64,000 nt of DNA. It comes from Podarcis melisellensis (taxonomy: Eukaryota). The stretch's first letter is position 1, and the number at the start of each line of letters is the position of its first letter. The stretch lies in the NCBI GenBank assembly GCA_964234715.1, contig OZ174277.1; one strand, written 5' to 3'. The translations under genes and the position numbers were made by a program. The notes beneath the pieces are model-generated. The model saw only the letters and a list, made by a program, of their open reading frames with translations. It made no database searches and was not told the DNA's origin. Shown here in pieces: positions 36,511 through 49,685 of the stretch.

Positions 36511-37110
36511 AGATAGGGCCTGGGGCAGATTTAGGGGAGCATGACTGGTTCAGTTGCACTGGGTGCTGTAGGGGTTGCCACAACTAAGATTTAGAATGGA
36601 ACATGAGAAGGGGTGTGGGGAGCACCAAATTTGGGTGTCACACAGGGCACCACTTAAATTTGAGACCCGAGGTCCACTACTGGTAGGGCAAACATTCTCT
36701 GTGAAGTTTTCTTCTGCAATTACTGAAAGTGCAAGTTTCACCAGATGAATGTTTTGGAGACTCTTAAAATTGTCTGTATTGCCATTTTCAAAAAACAAAC
36801 AAACCCAGTTTCCATACATGTAAGTCACATCCAGAATTAAACTAAAGTTGAGCAGTAGTCCATTCATTTTGGGCCTTGCTTCAGAGTGTCCAGAAAGTCC
36901 TTCCAAATGCTCTTATTTCAGCAAGGATTATCTGGATGACTATACTCTGCAGGCATGTATTGCAAGACTTGATCTGGCTTTTCTTTGATATTAGGATTTT
37001 TTTTTTTACTATTCTGTTGTATAGCTATAATTCTGAGTTTTCATATTTTAAGTGTTCTGAATGGACTGCCCATTCTTAGAAGCAACATAATCTTCATTTC
37101 TGTATTCTAG

Positions 37111-37291
37111 AGAGGGGAAATTGAGTTTGAAGTTGTGTACGTTGCTCCAGAAGTGGACTCAGATGATGAAAATGTAGAATATGAGGATGAGAGTGGACAT
37201 CGTTATCGTCTGTATCTTGACGAATTGGAGGAAGGTGGAAACTCTGCTTCTAATAGAAAATCTGGATGTGGAGATGTAAAACAATTGCAAG
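37111..37291 (+). CDS. GOPC: GOPC exon 8
   Basis: ttctag|AGA; [43 protein letters not shown]...VKQLQ, G|GTAAAT; 181 nt. Confidence 0.95.
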
Positions 37292-38075
37292 GTAAATGTT
37301 CTGGGTTGGTTTTTTTTAATAACTAAGGTACAACATTTCAAGTAAAACTTGATTTTGTAAATTTAGATTCAGTTGTTTGGATATGCTTAGGATGATCTGT
37401 CCTTAGATTGGGATGACAGTTATGCAGTTGTGTCACAACATGCAAGGTTAAACCATATATGTTCTTGGTAAATATAACGCTTGGGCAGAATGGCAGCTCA
37501 TCGTTTTCCTTTGCTATTTTTGTCAGAATATTGCCATATTTCCCTATATTCCCATAAAGCAGACTCTTGATTTGAAATAATAGGTATATTCTTCCTTTCC
37601 TCTTTCTTGGTGACTATTTTTGTGATGTGATTTAAAGATTTCATATGGTCAAAGATTAATGCAGTACAATTTTCAAAATCTGGATTTGCCAAATCCCTGC
37701 CCATAACTTGGGGGTGCCTCTGCATTGTGTAGGCACTTCCTTGTTTTGCTGGTTACTGGAATTTTCTGTTTCGTGGGTGTTTCTGTACTAGTTGGAAGGT
37801 CTTGTTAGAGGGGAAGTGGAGAGCCATATTAATTCCTAACCCTCTGCAAGAGCACATGTAGATGGGGAAAAGGTGGTTTGGCCTGCAGTAGTCCCTATTC
37901 TTCTTAACTTGTTTTATATACAGCCCATTTCTAGAAGTCTTGGAATTTCTGCCTTCCTGTGCAGCATTGGTGCATGTTTTCTCCTTATCAGCAAAAATTG
38001 TTGGGTGGGTCAGTTTGTAAACTTTAGGATGCTGTACTATAAAATGTTACAAACATTCTTTTCTCTCTTTTGCAG

Positions 38076-38188
38076 TGTTTGATAAGAAAGCAAGTATTGA
38101 TGGCCATGAAAATGGAGACCTAGGAAATTCAGTTGAAACAGAAGAGACTATATCTAAACTAGACCAATCTGCTGAAAGCTTAGCCTAA
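38076..38188 (+). CDS. GOPC: GOPC exon 9 (terminal coding part)
   Basis: ttttgcag|TG; (V)FDKKASIDGHENGDLGNSVETEETISKLDQSAESLA*; total CDS 1404 nt with microexon. Confidence 0.9.
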
Positions 38189-41100
38189 AACAGCCCCTAA
38201 CTCATCAGTGGGACTGGTCTCTTCCTCAAGACAGGTTGTGTAGACCGTTCTGCATTCAAAATTCCACATAAAATTATAAAGGACGATTAAAGGGATAAAG
38301 AGAAGCTGTGTTGCTGTTGCCTGGAAAAAAAGCTGTTCTGTTGGTTACCTCAGGGCTTCATTATGAGCGTATCTAAATGTGTAAAATTTCCCATTTTTCT
38401 AAGAAGTTGCATGTCAGATGAATTTCCCTTGAATTATAAGCACCAAAGCATGTTGTTTCCAAAGGCTTTTCTTGAATTTAACTTTGGATCTTGTTTATGA
38501 TAAAAGGGATAGACTAAAGCAAAAGAACTTTGACACTTGGATCTTCTGACTAATAGCAGAAGCAGAAAATTGGCATTCATTTGATAGAGGAATAGATTTT
38601 AATGACCATATATAAGGGAGACATGATTTCTCAGAGGTATATTCCTGACCTACCTAGTTGCTTTTAAAATGTGTATTGTAAAAAGGTAAACAGCAAAGTC
38701 AATTCATTTCAGATTTTCACAATATACAAAAATAAGTTTGCTTTAAAACATACACATACAAAACATTTTAGCTGCTAAATATTTATTGTGACGTTAAATC
38801 TCTAAAATAGATCCTGAGATGTTTTTCAGCATTATTTAATGCAGCATATATATATAAATATATTCCTTTAAAGTCTCTTGCCAATCAATGCTGGATGTGA
38901 AGTATTCTCCAAAGGTATTAAACAGAATACTGTTAAATTTAAAATGCAAAATAAGTGTAAAATTGGCCTCTTGGAATTATGTCTGCCCTTAAGTGTAGCA
39001 TGCTCAACTTACAGAATTGCATCATTGGGTGGCTACCATTCTGTGTGAACTGAATTAGGATGGAGTTAGATGACCATTCTTTCCACTGCATAGTATTTTT
39101 TACAGTTGCCACACAGTGCCATCTATGTGACCCTGGGCTGTCTAAAGGAGCTCTGTGCCCTACAGGCTAATAGTACTGTTACACTTTTGACAACGTGGCT
39201 CATCCACAGAATCGGAGTACATCATGCCTTAGATCCTTTAACAACCTATTTCCACATATATCCCGTCCACATGGATAACTGTAAAGGTTGCTGTGCATTG
39301 GAATGAAAATGTGCCTCTAATGCAGTCCAAAAAGTTTACAAAACATTCTCTGTAGGCATGGTTTTATACGAGAGTTGCTAAGAGGGGCGATTCAAATTTT
39401 TGATTTAAACCCTTTGCTATAGGAACTGATTCACTTGACACTCTTAAGATGGGAGGATGGTGTTGGATACATAATAAACCATTTAATCTGTGGCTAAATA
39501 GTCATCAGATTGCTTCAGGCTGTGTCCAGAAAATGCTTCATCATACCATTTTTACATCTGTTTTTTTAGGATGTATTGCAGTGTTGTAAGGCAACATGAA
39601 AGCAATTGCCCAGTTGCCTGTTGTGTGTTTAAAAGAACTCCATGTGATTAGATCCCTTGTGGAAGGTGTTCTCCAGCTATGATCGTGTCATAGCGATCAT
39701 TGTTTCCATCCATAAATGCAGTGCTTGCCATGTCATTGGTTACCCACGCTGTGCTACATTGAGCGGTTTGGATCAACTGGCCCTTAGCAAGTGGGAATTG
39801 AGTGCATCCTGTATCTTGCCAGGTGTTACTTAAGACTGTGCAGGATCACGTACCAAATTTGTTACAGTATAATAGTCCTAGTATTTTACAGAACTACGGT
39901 ATATTTTTTTAAACCCCAAACGTGCAAAATAGTTTTACACCTGAATGCCAAAGGCATTTTTAGAATCCATTGGGGGTTGTCTTGGCTAGGTTACTGTTCA
40001 GTTATGTGTATGTGTGTATGTTTATATATATATGTATGTATGTATCTATATCTTATTAGAGCGCACACTCTCCATATGCAAACAGTTAAAAACCATGTAA
40101 TAGCTTTTATTATAATAGGATAAAGCATGAAACGCCTGCTTTCCATTCATTGTTTTGCGGGCCATTAAAATGTAACATGTAAAGATGTATTTTGAGAGTG
40201 CAAATAATGTAAAATGACAGCTTTGTAAGTGTTTTTATAGAATGTACATAAATTGAGAGCGAGCGAAAGGCATTTAGTGTAATGTCAGTTAACCTAATGT
40301 TTAATGTTAAAAAAACATTGTGTTGTAGAACACAGTTAAACTTGTCTCTCCTAGGTGCACTATATATATACATATGTTTATAGAGAAAACTTTAAAATGT
40401 AAATACTTTATGCAAAGATTTTGCTATTTATAAATTCTTTAACTGTTGCTTATAAAATAATTTTTGTGTGTCATTTTGCTCATGGAACTGTATTTGATTT
40501 GCAGTAAAATTTTATAGCTGCTCCTTTAATACTGTATATTAAAGTAATCTTAACCATGATACTGCCTCCATTGCAAGCCTAGTATTTTAAGCAAGCCATG
40601 AAATTGGAAAGGCTGCATTTTCTGCTGTTCATGGATGTGCCTTTGCCCTGCCATATGAGGCTGTTATGCAGCATATGATGTTTTCTGGTGTATATTACAA
40701 AAACATTCCCTGTGTATTGCTTTTCATTAGGGAATCTAAAGGGGAGCAAAATGGAGAGTTGACATAGGAGCACAGTGTTCCTCCACAAGCCTGTTTTTGT
40801 CAGTAGGACATGTGTGAAAGAAATTACCTGGTATCCCCCTTTTTTTAGAATGAACTCTCTTCAATGTTTGCTCCATTTTGCACTATTTCTGAGCATGTTG
40901 AATCTTGGTCTATCGAAAGAGCTTTTCTATATCCCTTGTTAACAGTAATCCAGGGATTATCTATGAGAGAATGTTACTTTCCACTCTCAAGCGAAGAAGC
41001 ATGTTCTCCGCTTGATATACTTTTGTTCTGTCTGAAGTGACAAAAATGAAGACGACCTTTCTCTGTTGCATTTGCACAACTTCGCTATTTATTAAAATCA

Positions 41101-41950
41101 GGCTGTTGTTGAACACTGTTTGCTGGTACTGCTTTGTTCTCCTTGTGACGGTATCGCTGCACACAAGTCAGTGAACGGTTGTAAATGGCACTGATAAATA
41201 ACTGCACAGAAATTCCCTCAGACACTTCCCACCATTGTTTTGTCTAGGCACACTTTGGGAAAGCCCAGACCTCTGAAATTTTGCTCTGATGCTATTGTGA
41301 ATTATTGTGATTGCACTGCTATTTGACCAATCGTGTAGAGTGCCACACCAGCAACTGTAATATGTTGGAATTTTCAGACGTGGTACGTAATACGTGGTTT
41401 CCCCCCAGCTTTGTCAATAGCTAGTTTTCCAAGGGCTGGATGAATTAGGCTTGAAGGCCTTTTGGGGAAAGTCAATATTCTTATGCTCAGTTGTATAGAG
41501 TTTGTCAGAAAATTTGTATTTTACATTCTAATTGTATGTGTATTCCATTAGCCATCTAAACTGTTATTTCTTGCAGTTTTTAAAGATGGCAGAAGCTACA
41601 GGAGAAGTAAAATCCCTGGAATACTAGATTTCTAATGTTTGAAACCAACAACTGAATCTTGGTGAAATGTCAGACTGAACCCAGAGCTGGCATTTTGCTG
41701 AACAGAAATCTGTTTTCTGAAGTGTGCCTCAGTTTCCCTTAAGCCAGCATACCACACATGTAAGAGTTTGTAAGACTATTGGGCAACATGCAATGTCCAG
41801 ATTTTTGTGGTTATATAGTCTTTGCTAATTTCCTTTCCATTTTATGCTGACCTCAGTCCTGCAGACCTTTGCAACTTAATTCTACTTACTTAAGCTGAGT
41901 TTGATTAATTTGATTAGCCTGTAAATAAAGTTGTTTGCATTATTGTGGTT
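38189..41950 (+). other. GOPC: GOPC 3' UTR (candidate poly(A) signals ATTAAA 40538-40543 and AATAAA 41924-41929)
   Basis: AT-rich stretch after the stop with no repeats recognised; Pumilio-type TGTAHATA at 40243, 40398, 41920. True end not determinable from sequence. Confidence 0.55.
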
Positions 41951-43013
41951 GGAACATTTAATTTTACATTTCAGAATTTCTTTTTGCTCAATGATAGTTG
42001 AAGAGCAAGTTGCACATTAGTGTAGTTAGTTGCAACTAAAAACTGAATTGCCCAAAGTGATGTGTTGAGAATGAGCACTGACCCTGATTGACCTTACCTA
42101 ATTTTAATAAAGAACATATGAAGAGCCTGCAGGCCAATGTTCTATCCAGTCCAGCATCCCGTTCTTACAGTGGCCAACCAAAAGTGTATGGGAAGCCAGT
42201 GAGCAGAACATGAGCACAAGAGCACTCTCCTCTTGTCTATGCAATGCATCTGTGTGATAAAGGCACATTAGAATACATTCTGTGTGACTGCTGGACAACT
42301 CTGGAATTCCTCCCCCCCTCCCCTAATAATTGTCTGAACTCTGGGCCTCTTATTTTTTCTGTGCCATATAGTCTTGAGGAAAAAGAACTTCGTCCTTTGG
42401 GGTGAATTCCTTTTTAAAATGAATTTTAACTGGGGAAAATGAACTCCAAAAGGCACTTTTAAAATCCTGTGAAGGAGCATTTTTAATCTTCATTTTCAAC
42501 AAGTAAACCTTTATTTAAACAAATGCGGTGAAACATGTGCTTTAATAGTAAACTATTGCAATTTAAAGAAACTTGGCTTTTAAATTTTTACAAATGTCCA
42601 GAGCTGCAAAAGAATTGTTTTACAAGATCCTGTTCAGCACCAAATCTATGGAACAGGCTGTCTGCCTCTAGTTGAAAGAAAGTGGACAACGGCAAGCCGG
42701 GGACCTACAACAGGCTGCGCTGATTATTCCCTGGGAATTGCTCTCTGGTAAGTAGACTGAAGCCTAAGTTGGTTCGTTTTAAAGGTGCTAACAAGGGACC
42801 CCCATACATTTGCAGCCCCATGGGAAATAATAACTCCCGTTCCACGACTTCTACATCTCTCTCCCCCCCGCCCCGAATGTGGAATTAGGTGGAGGGGTAT
42901 ATTAAGTGCCCTAAGGCCTGGGAGACCAAGAATGGGATTCAGTGCAACACACTTCCATTCATTCATCTGTGCAAATATTCCAGTTTTCCAGAGAGAAAGA
43001 CATTCCCCATGTA

Positions 43014-43253
43014 CAGTGGTACCTCAGGTTACAGACGCTTCAGGTTACAGACACTTCGGGTTACAGACTGCTAACCCAGAAATAGTACCTCAGGTTAAGA
43101 ACTTTGCTTCAGGATGAGAACAGAAATCGCGAAGCAGTGGCGCAGTGGAAGCAGGAGTCCCCATTAGCTAAAGTGGTGCTTCAGGTTAAGAACAGTTTCA
43201 GGTTAAGAACGGACCTCCAGAACGAATTAAGTTCTTAACTAGAAGTACCACTG
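43014..43253. mobile_element. Tc1/mariner (pogo/Tigger-like) MITE, same family as 2462-2678
   Basis: TA|cagtggtacctc ... gtaccactg|TA; internal ggttaagaac repeats shared with the first copy. Confidence 0.85.
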
Positions 43254-46200
43254 TACTGTTCTGGGGGGTTGCTAGACCCCCAGTGCCAAATTTGGGGGAG
43301 GGTGGAGAAGCCTTATGCAAGTGGAAATCCTTGGGCTTTGCTGACAAGGGTGGTGAGGGGACTCCTACCCCAGGATTAAATTTGCCATAAAACTTGTGGT
43401 GAGACCTGGAGCCAATCATTGTTGCTTAGATTTGCGTACCTCACAACATGGTTGCGAGGATAACCCGGGGAAATGAAGAGCCTTGAGCTGCTTGTACTAA
43501 AAGGGGTGATTTAATAGAGCAGATCTTCAGCCTCATGAGGCCCTGAATCTCCTTAAAGTAACAGGTCTAATTAAGCAACAGACATTAAGCAGCAAACAAA
43601 ACTTGTTTCAAGGAAGAGCAAAATATATCTAGCATGCTGGTTTTGCTTTTTAACCTTTTCCCATTTCTCATGTAGCTTTGAATTCCAGGAAATGTAAAGC
43701 CTGTGTCTATATTTTAAAAATGTCAGAAGGTGGCAGCAAACGCTTCAGATTTCCTTCTCAGAAAACGCTATGACAAAGTGTGTTAAATCCTTGAGTGGGA
43801 TCCAAAGTACTTCTCAGTCTTAGCTTCTCACAGTGCTTATGTAAAATATTTTCAACCTGCCTTTCATCACAAGTGATCCAGGGCATGGTACGCTAATGCA
43901 ATTTGAATAGAACATCCATCTTAATATAAAACAAGAACAGATAAGGCACATAACTACAGCAACCCGTTAAAATTACCTGGTAACGACAGCTAGCATCCTA
44001 CCAAAGCCTGAGTGGGTGTGGGGGGAAGCACCATGTTTTCAGCTGACAAAGACAAAAAGAGAAGGTGCCAGTCAGAGCTCAGAGGGGAGAGCATTCCATA
44101 AGGAGGGGGCCAGTCCCGAGAAGACCGTCTCTGAAGTCACCGCAGAATAGATATCACTTGGCAGCAGGTTGCCAAGCAGGGCCTCCCAGCCAGATTTTAA
44201 CATACAAACAAACACAAACCCCTGTGTTGCAAAATGTAACCATCTACAAAAATGCAAATGCATATATAATTGGTTATGATGTCATTCATAACTGATGCAA
44301 CATGAGGGTCCAAAAACCAGAGGTGAGCATTAGGAGAAGTCTCCATTTGCCGGTGGAAGTACTTGAGGTACACACACACAACTCTGGCTGCGTATGTACC
44401 ATACATTTGGAACATATGGTTCCCCACAGACACATCCCTGGGAGCTGTAGTTTGTTCTGGGTGCTGGAAACAGTAGTTCTTTGAGGGGGGAACACAGCTC
44501 CTAGAATTCTTTCAGACCTCTTAAAAACCTTACTGGTCAGACAGGTCATTGAAAGGTGCATTTTGCTGCCAACAAGTTTTTCTTGTTATGTTCTTACACA
44601 TTTAAGTGATTACAGTAGCATCCTGCTGTATTGTCTGTGGAAGTGGGGTATACAGTAAAAACTGGCTGCTGCATCTGCTTCCTTTGTTATCCGAGGCTAG
44701 AGATTGCTTTGGAAGCATACGTAGCTGTGTCTGGTTCTGGGATATATCAAAACAGGCGTGAGACAATCCTATCTGCTTTCCTGTGACCTCATTTGGGCTT
44801 CAAAATAAGCTATGGAAGGCAAGTGGTTCAATAACCACTTTAATGCTGATTGAAAAGAGTTTTTGTTGTTGCTTGCTGGGCTTTGGTGTGGAGGAAGGGT
44901 TTTGAATTCAATAAATACCACAGCTTCGTGACTGACTGTTTGTCCCACTGAAATAAGAGCTGCACTGCCATAAATCAAAATTATTCAGTCTAACTAGGTT
45001 GTAACTTAAGGTTGAAATAGTTATTTACTATTCTTTGCCATACTACAATGAATGTAATAGTGACAGATTTATAAAACTTTCAATGTCCTTTGCAATATGT
45101 GATGGATTTAGCACTACTGTGCATAAATCTCAGGAGACCTGAGTATTAAGCAGACTAATTGTCCACAATAACATGAAAATTATCAAGTTTTAATTTCCAT
45201 ACTTCCTGTTTCTCAACTCAGTATGGCGTTTACATGTGCACCACACTGAGTTTACAGTATTTCTTCTTGTTGGCCAATTCACACTTCACAAAACTGACAA
45301 TGAGAACAGATGGTGTCACTTAAGGATAAACAGCTTAGCCATAAATGAGAAAAGCTGTCTTAAAGAAGATCTGCTTACGATATTTGCTGGTGTCTTCTTT
45401 CTTACATTTCTGCTATCAGCAGGAATGGAGAGCGCAAACATTTGTTCGTAACCTTCACGCGTCTCATAGTAATTGTGTGGGCAAAATATTGATTGATTTC
45501 ATCTAACAAAACGTATAGACCACTTAATAGAAAATGACAAATCCCTAATTGGTTTACATAAAATGGTGCACAATATTTATCAAAAAAAGACCAATAAAAC
45601 CAACAGCATTCTAAAACAAGGAGATATACACAATCTCTCTAATATGTTGCCTGATTCTACACAGCTATCACTTATTGTGCCATCTGAAAAATGAGACTCT
45701 CACTGTCTACAGCATCATAATTCAGAAATCATTTCTGAGTTTCTTGAAATGTTCCTGGACTGCACTACTATCTCCACTAACTGGTCTTTGATGCAATCCT
45801 GTTTGTGGGTTGATAGGGTTTAGGGTGTACGTAGTTTTGTCAATGTAAGGTTTTGCATGGAGTTATATAGTTCTAGGACAGTGCATCTGAAAGTCTGCCT
45901 GATGTGGTGTGATGTTGCTGCCCACCCACACAAAACCTTATTTCCCTTTTTTAAAACAAACAAACAAACAAACAAACCAGGAAACTTGAATATTGCACGT
46001 CTTTCAAGCACACACCATTTCTCTGAAGACAAAGGGTTGTCACTTTTGAAAGCTGCTGCAGGCTTATGAATCGTGGCTCTTGGGAAGACAGTTCCCAAAC
46101 TCAGAGGAAACCAATCTGGGAAACTGCTGGCGAAGAGAGTACACACTAGTCAGCCAGATCCCTGATATGATCCTGTTGCCTCCTACATTGTTTGCGAGCA

Positions 46201-47883
46201 CAGATAAGGTGCTAGAGAGCAAATGCTTTTATAAAGATGCAGTGCATTCTGCAGTTAGTGAGCAGTTGAGAGATATGAATATATAATTCCTCTGTGAAAG
46301 AGCCAGCAGGCATGAGATACACTGCAGCTTCTGTATGTGGTGTTGTCCTGCAGATCCTGTTTCAAGTTAGAAAACACAAGCTTTAGCAGGATAGGAAAAT
46401 GAGTGGTGTCTAAACTATTCTAAACTATAAAACAGTAGATGGCATGGCTGCATCCAGAACTTTGGCATCTCCACCCCACCCCATCACAACTCATAAACTT
46501 AGCTGATTTCTTTTCTTGTCCTTGCAGAGCTTGCAAGCAAATGCGCATGACTTGGCCTTGTAGAGCCTTCAGGAGGTGTAGCTAGCTATCATTGGTTTTC
46601 AACTGAGAGGCCTGTTAGGTGGTGGCAGCAGGTCCATTTGGGCGAATGGGCACTGCGCCACCAGCCTCGCCTATCTTCATACTTGCAACCAGTTACCCTT
46701 GTTGATCTCAGCAGGGAGGAGAGTGGAAGCTATGGTAAAGTGTAGCACTGCCCTTTATAGGTTCCTTTTCAGAGTACAGCTGCATTTTGCTGAGACCTGT
46801 CCATAAAAACTGGAATGTGAACATCAGGTCGTTACATTTAGATCAATAAACAAACCCTCTGCAGCTAATTATGTTTGGTCATTACTGCCCTGGATCAGAT
46901 TCCACCCCAAGACTGAGGGGAAAGCGATGTGTGCTATTATACTCACAAATGCCTCGTTGCTACATGAACTCTCAAGTGTGAGTCAAACACTAACACACTT
47001 TAAGACCAGATAATATTGTAAGCTCCTCTTAAACACTTTACAGACAATAGTGGTAGATTAATTAAAAATCAAAACAAGGATGAGCAAATCTGGATGAATC
47101 TAAATAATGTTATGTATTTGTGAGGTGTAGTCCAGTCTTCTAGATGTCCTTCAAATAACTTTTGTATGGCCTGAGCCCTCTGGTGGAAACCAGAGACATA
47201 CAGAATTCATTTAAGAGGAAAGCAAACTGCTATCGTTCCCTATTTGCAAAACAATGGAGCAATGCTTTACAGGAGTGAAGATTTAGAAATATTTAGAAGC
47301 ATTTGGTGGTGGTGTTTAAAATTGAAGCTTTTTACAAACTCCTGGGTTTTGATAATAACATTCCCGAGTCTCTGTCAGGGAAGAACGCAGGGGATGGATA
47401 AATAAATATATACGGATACTAATACGAATAACTCCACACATGGTTAGGAGTCTCACCACAACCTCTAATGCCTGCTCTCAGCCAAGGCATTTTGGCTGCA
47501 GTCTTCTCTTATCTTCCTCCCTGGCTTTGCTTTGACAAGGACACTGCCAAGGCCAGCTGTACCAGACACCCTGCTATTGCAATACCAGGATTTGCACTCA
47601 GTAGAAGGAGTCGTCTTATCAAGAGAGCTGAAAGCTTTGGCATTACATTTTATTTGAAAGCCTGGCTCCCAGAAAACACGGTTCCTAGACTGCACAGGAG
47701 GGAAGGCAGGGGCCACAATGTATATGAAAAAGCAAATGCTTTCCATGTACAAGGTTCTAGATTCAATCCTTGACCCATCCAGTTAGGGGGCTGCTTCACC
47801 CTAGCAGAGTATTTCTCCTAGCTGAGAAGTGTACTGCTGTAGGGGATGAAAAATATGCAATAGGATAGAATACCTTAGTTCTA

Positions 47884-48080
47884 GTTACAGGTAGGTAGCC
47901 GTGTTGGTCTGCCATAGTTGAAACAAAATAAAAAAAAATTCCTTCCAGTAGCACCTTAGAGACCAACTAAGTTGGTTATTGGTATGAGCTTTTGTGTGCA
48001 AGTGTGCATGCACACGAAAGCTCATACAACTAACAAACTTAGTTGGTCTCTAAGGTGCCACTGGAAGGATATTTTTTGTT
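47884..48080. mobile_element. Penelope-like fold-back fragment (same family as 20672-20902, opposite orientation)
   Basis: gttacaggtaggtagccgtgttggtctgccatag is the near reverse complement of the end of the first copy; arms ccttccagtagcaccttagagaccaactaag / cttagttggtctctaaggtgccactggaagg; hammerhead core truncated (no CTGAAGA). Confidence 0.8.
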
Positions 48081-49475
48081 TGTTTGTTAGGAATACCATA
48101 ATGTGTGAAGATTATGCAAGTGTCTGTTTCATCAGCTGTACACTTGGCAGGGTGCATCTTTGTAGGAAATATACGCATGAACTGGTCCCTAGAGAATCTT
48201 GGACAACAGAGCTAGGAAAGACAGGAAGGGGTCAGGTCAAGGGTGGGGTACCTGAGGGCTACCTGCTGTCCTAAGCAACCTCCCATGGGTTGCATACCAG
48301 TAGTGGGCAGAGCCAGAGGAAAAAGGGGGCGAGGCAGCAGATGGAACTCTTAATTTTGCCCAGTTGGCTACACACATCTCTCCATCCCCCATCTAAGTAA
48401 GAATGAAACATCATCAGAGCTGAAGGACTCGTTCCAGCCAGGCAAAAGCACAGGAAAAGGACAGAGAGAAAGGTAGGTGGCTTGGGGAGTAGGTGGTGGC
48501 CTGGGGAAAGTCGTGAGAACCAGATGGGGAAGTCAATATAACAAGCAGAGATCCTTACAGCTATTCCAGTTCATCTTTCCTGCCCCCCCCCTTTTAAAGA
48601 AACCCTTGAGACAAAGTCACAAAAAACATTTTTTAACACAAAGCTGCCACAAGGAGCCTGTGAACAATGCATTCGAAATATCTAAGCATCTGCAAGTAAA
48701 CTAGCAAAAAATATTTCCATATGCAACTTGCAGAGCCCATTTTTAATGAGATGGCAGACCCGAAGCAAACTACTACTGCTAGGCTTAGGTTGTGCTACTA
48801 TAATATCCACAGTATTTGGTGGGGCTTACTGCAGAGTGGGCAGTATATGTACTGATTCTTCAGAAGATGCTATTATGAAACTAGAGGTGAGTTTGAAAAA
48901 TTACTTCTAGAAACCTACTGGCTGCCTGATCTCAACTACGCTGTTTTTGTATTAGCAATTTATGGTGGAGAAGAGGTGCATATTTAGGGCCATGGCAGAG
49001 ACTCAGCTCTGTGTTCTAGTCTTGGCATTTTCCCTTGTCCTAATCTGGGGCTAAAGAATGGACCATTTACAGGCACAGTTAAATCCATGAAACAGAAGAG
49101 CCCGCTATTTCTCAGTGGCAATTGACTAGCATCACTTCTCTTCACAATACCATGCACCATCCCTCATTTTTTCAAAACTTATTTTGCCCAGAACAAGTAC
49201 AGATTTATCCACACAGTTAAAACTGTTCAAAGCAGGGGGTTCTGCAGCATAGGATATGACCCGAGGAAATTAGCTTTTAAATTTAATTAGCTCCCACTTC
49301 TGTGTAACATGTCAGAACTAGTTAGCACAACTACCAACAGGAAAACAACCCCAGACGCCGTGCTGTTTTGTTAGGACACTGTCCTACCTTGTCTAGAAAT
49401 CAGTGCAGTGACCAGTTCTTCTCACTGACAGCCCCCAACCCACACAGAACAAAACAGATTAAAGTTTAAGTTATT

Positions 49476-49481
49476 TTTATT
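49476..49481 (-). terminator. DCBLD1: Candidate proximal DCBLD1 poly(A) signal AATAAA
   Basis: tttatt on plus strand ~200 nt downstream of the DCBLD1 stop. Confidence 0.4.
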
Positions 49482-49685
49482 AAATTAAAAATGTATGTAC
49501 ACATTGCACAACGTTAGAGTGGAGCACCAATATCACAGCTGCAGAGAATTGACTGCCTGAAGACTCTACAGCAAGGGCAGCAACGAACAGCTTTCACTCC
49601 TCAGCCAAGAGCAAATTTTGTTTTGCTCTAAATCTAATCCAGTGCTTTAAACATTATGGCAGTGAGTTTCCGCTGGTCCTTAAGG

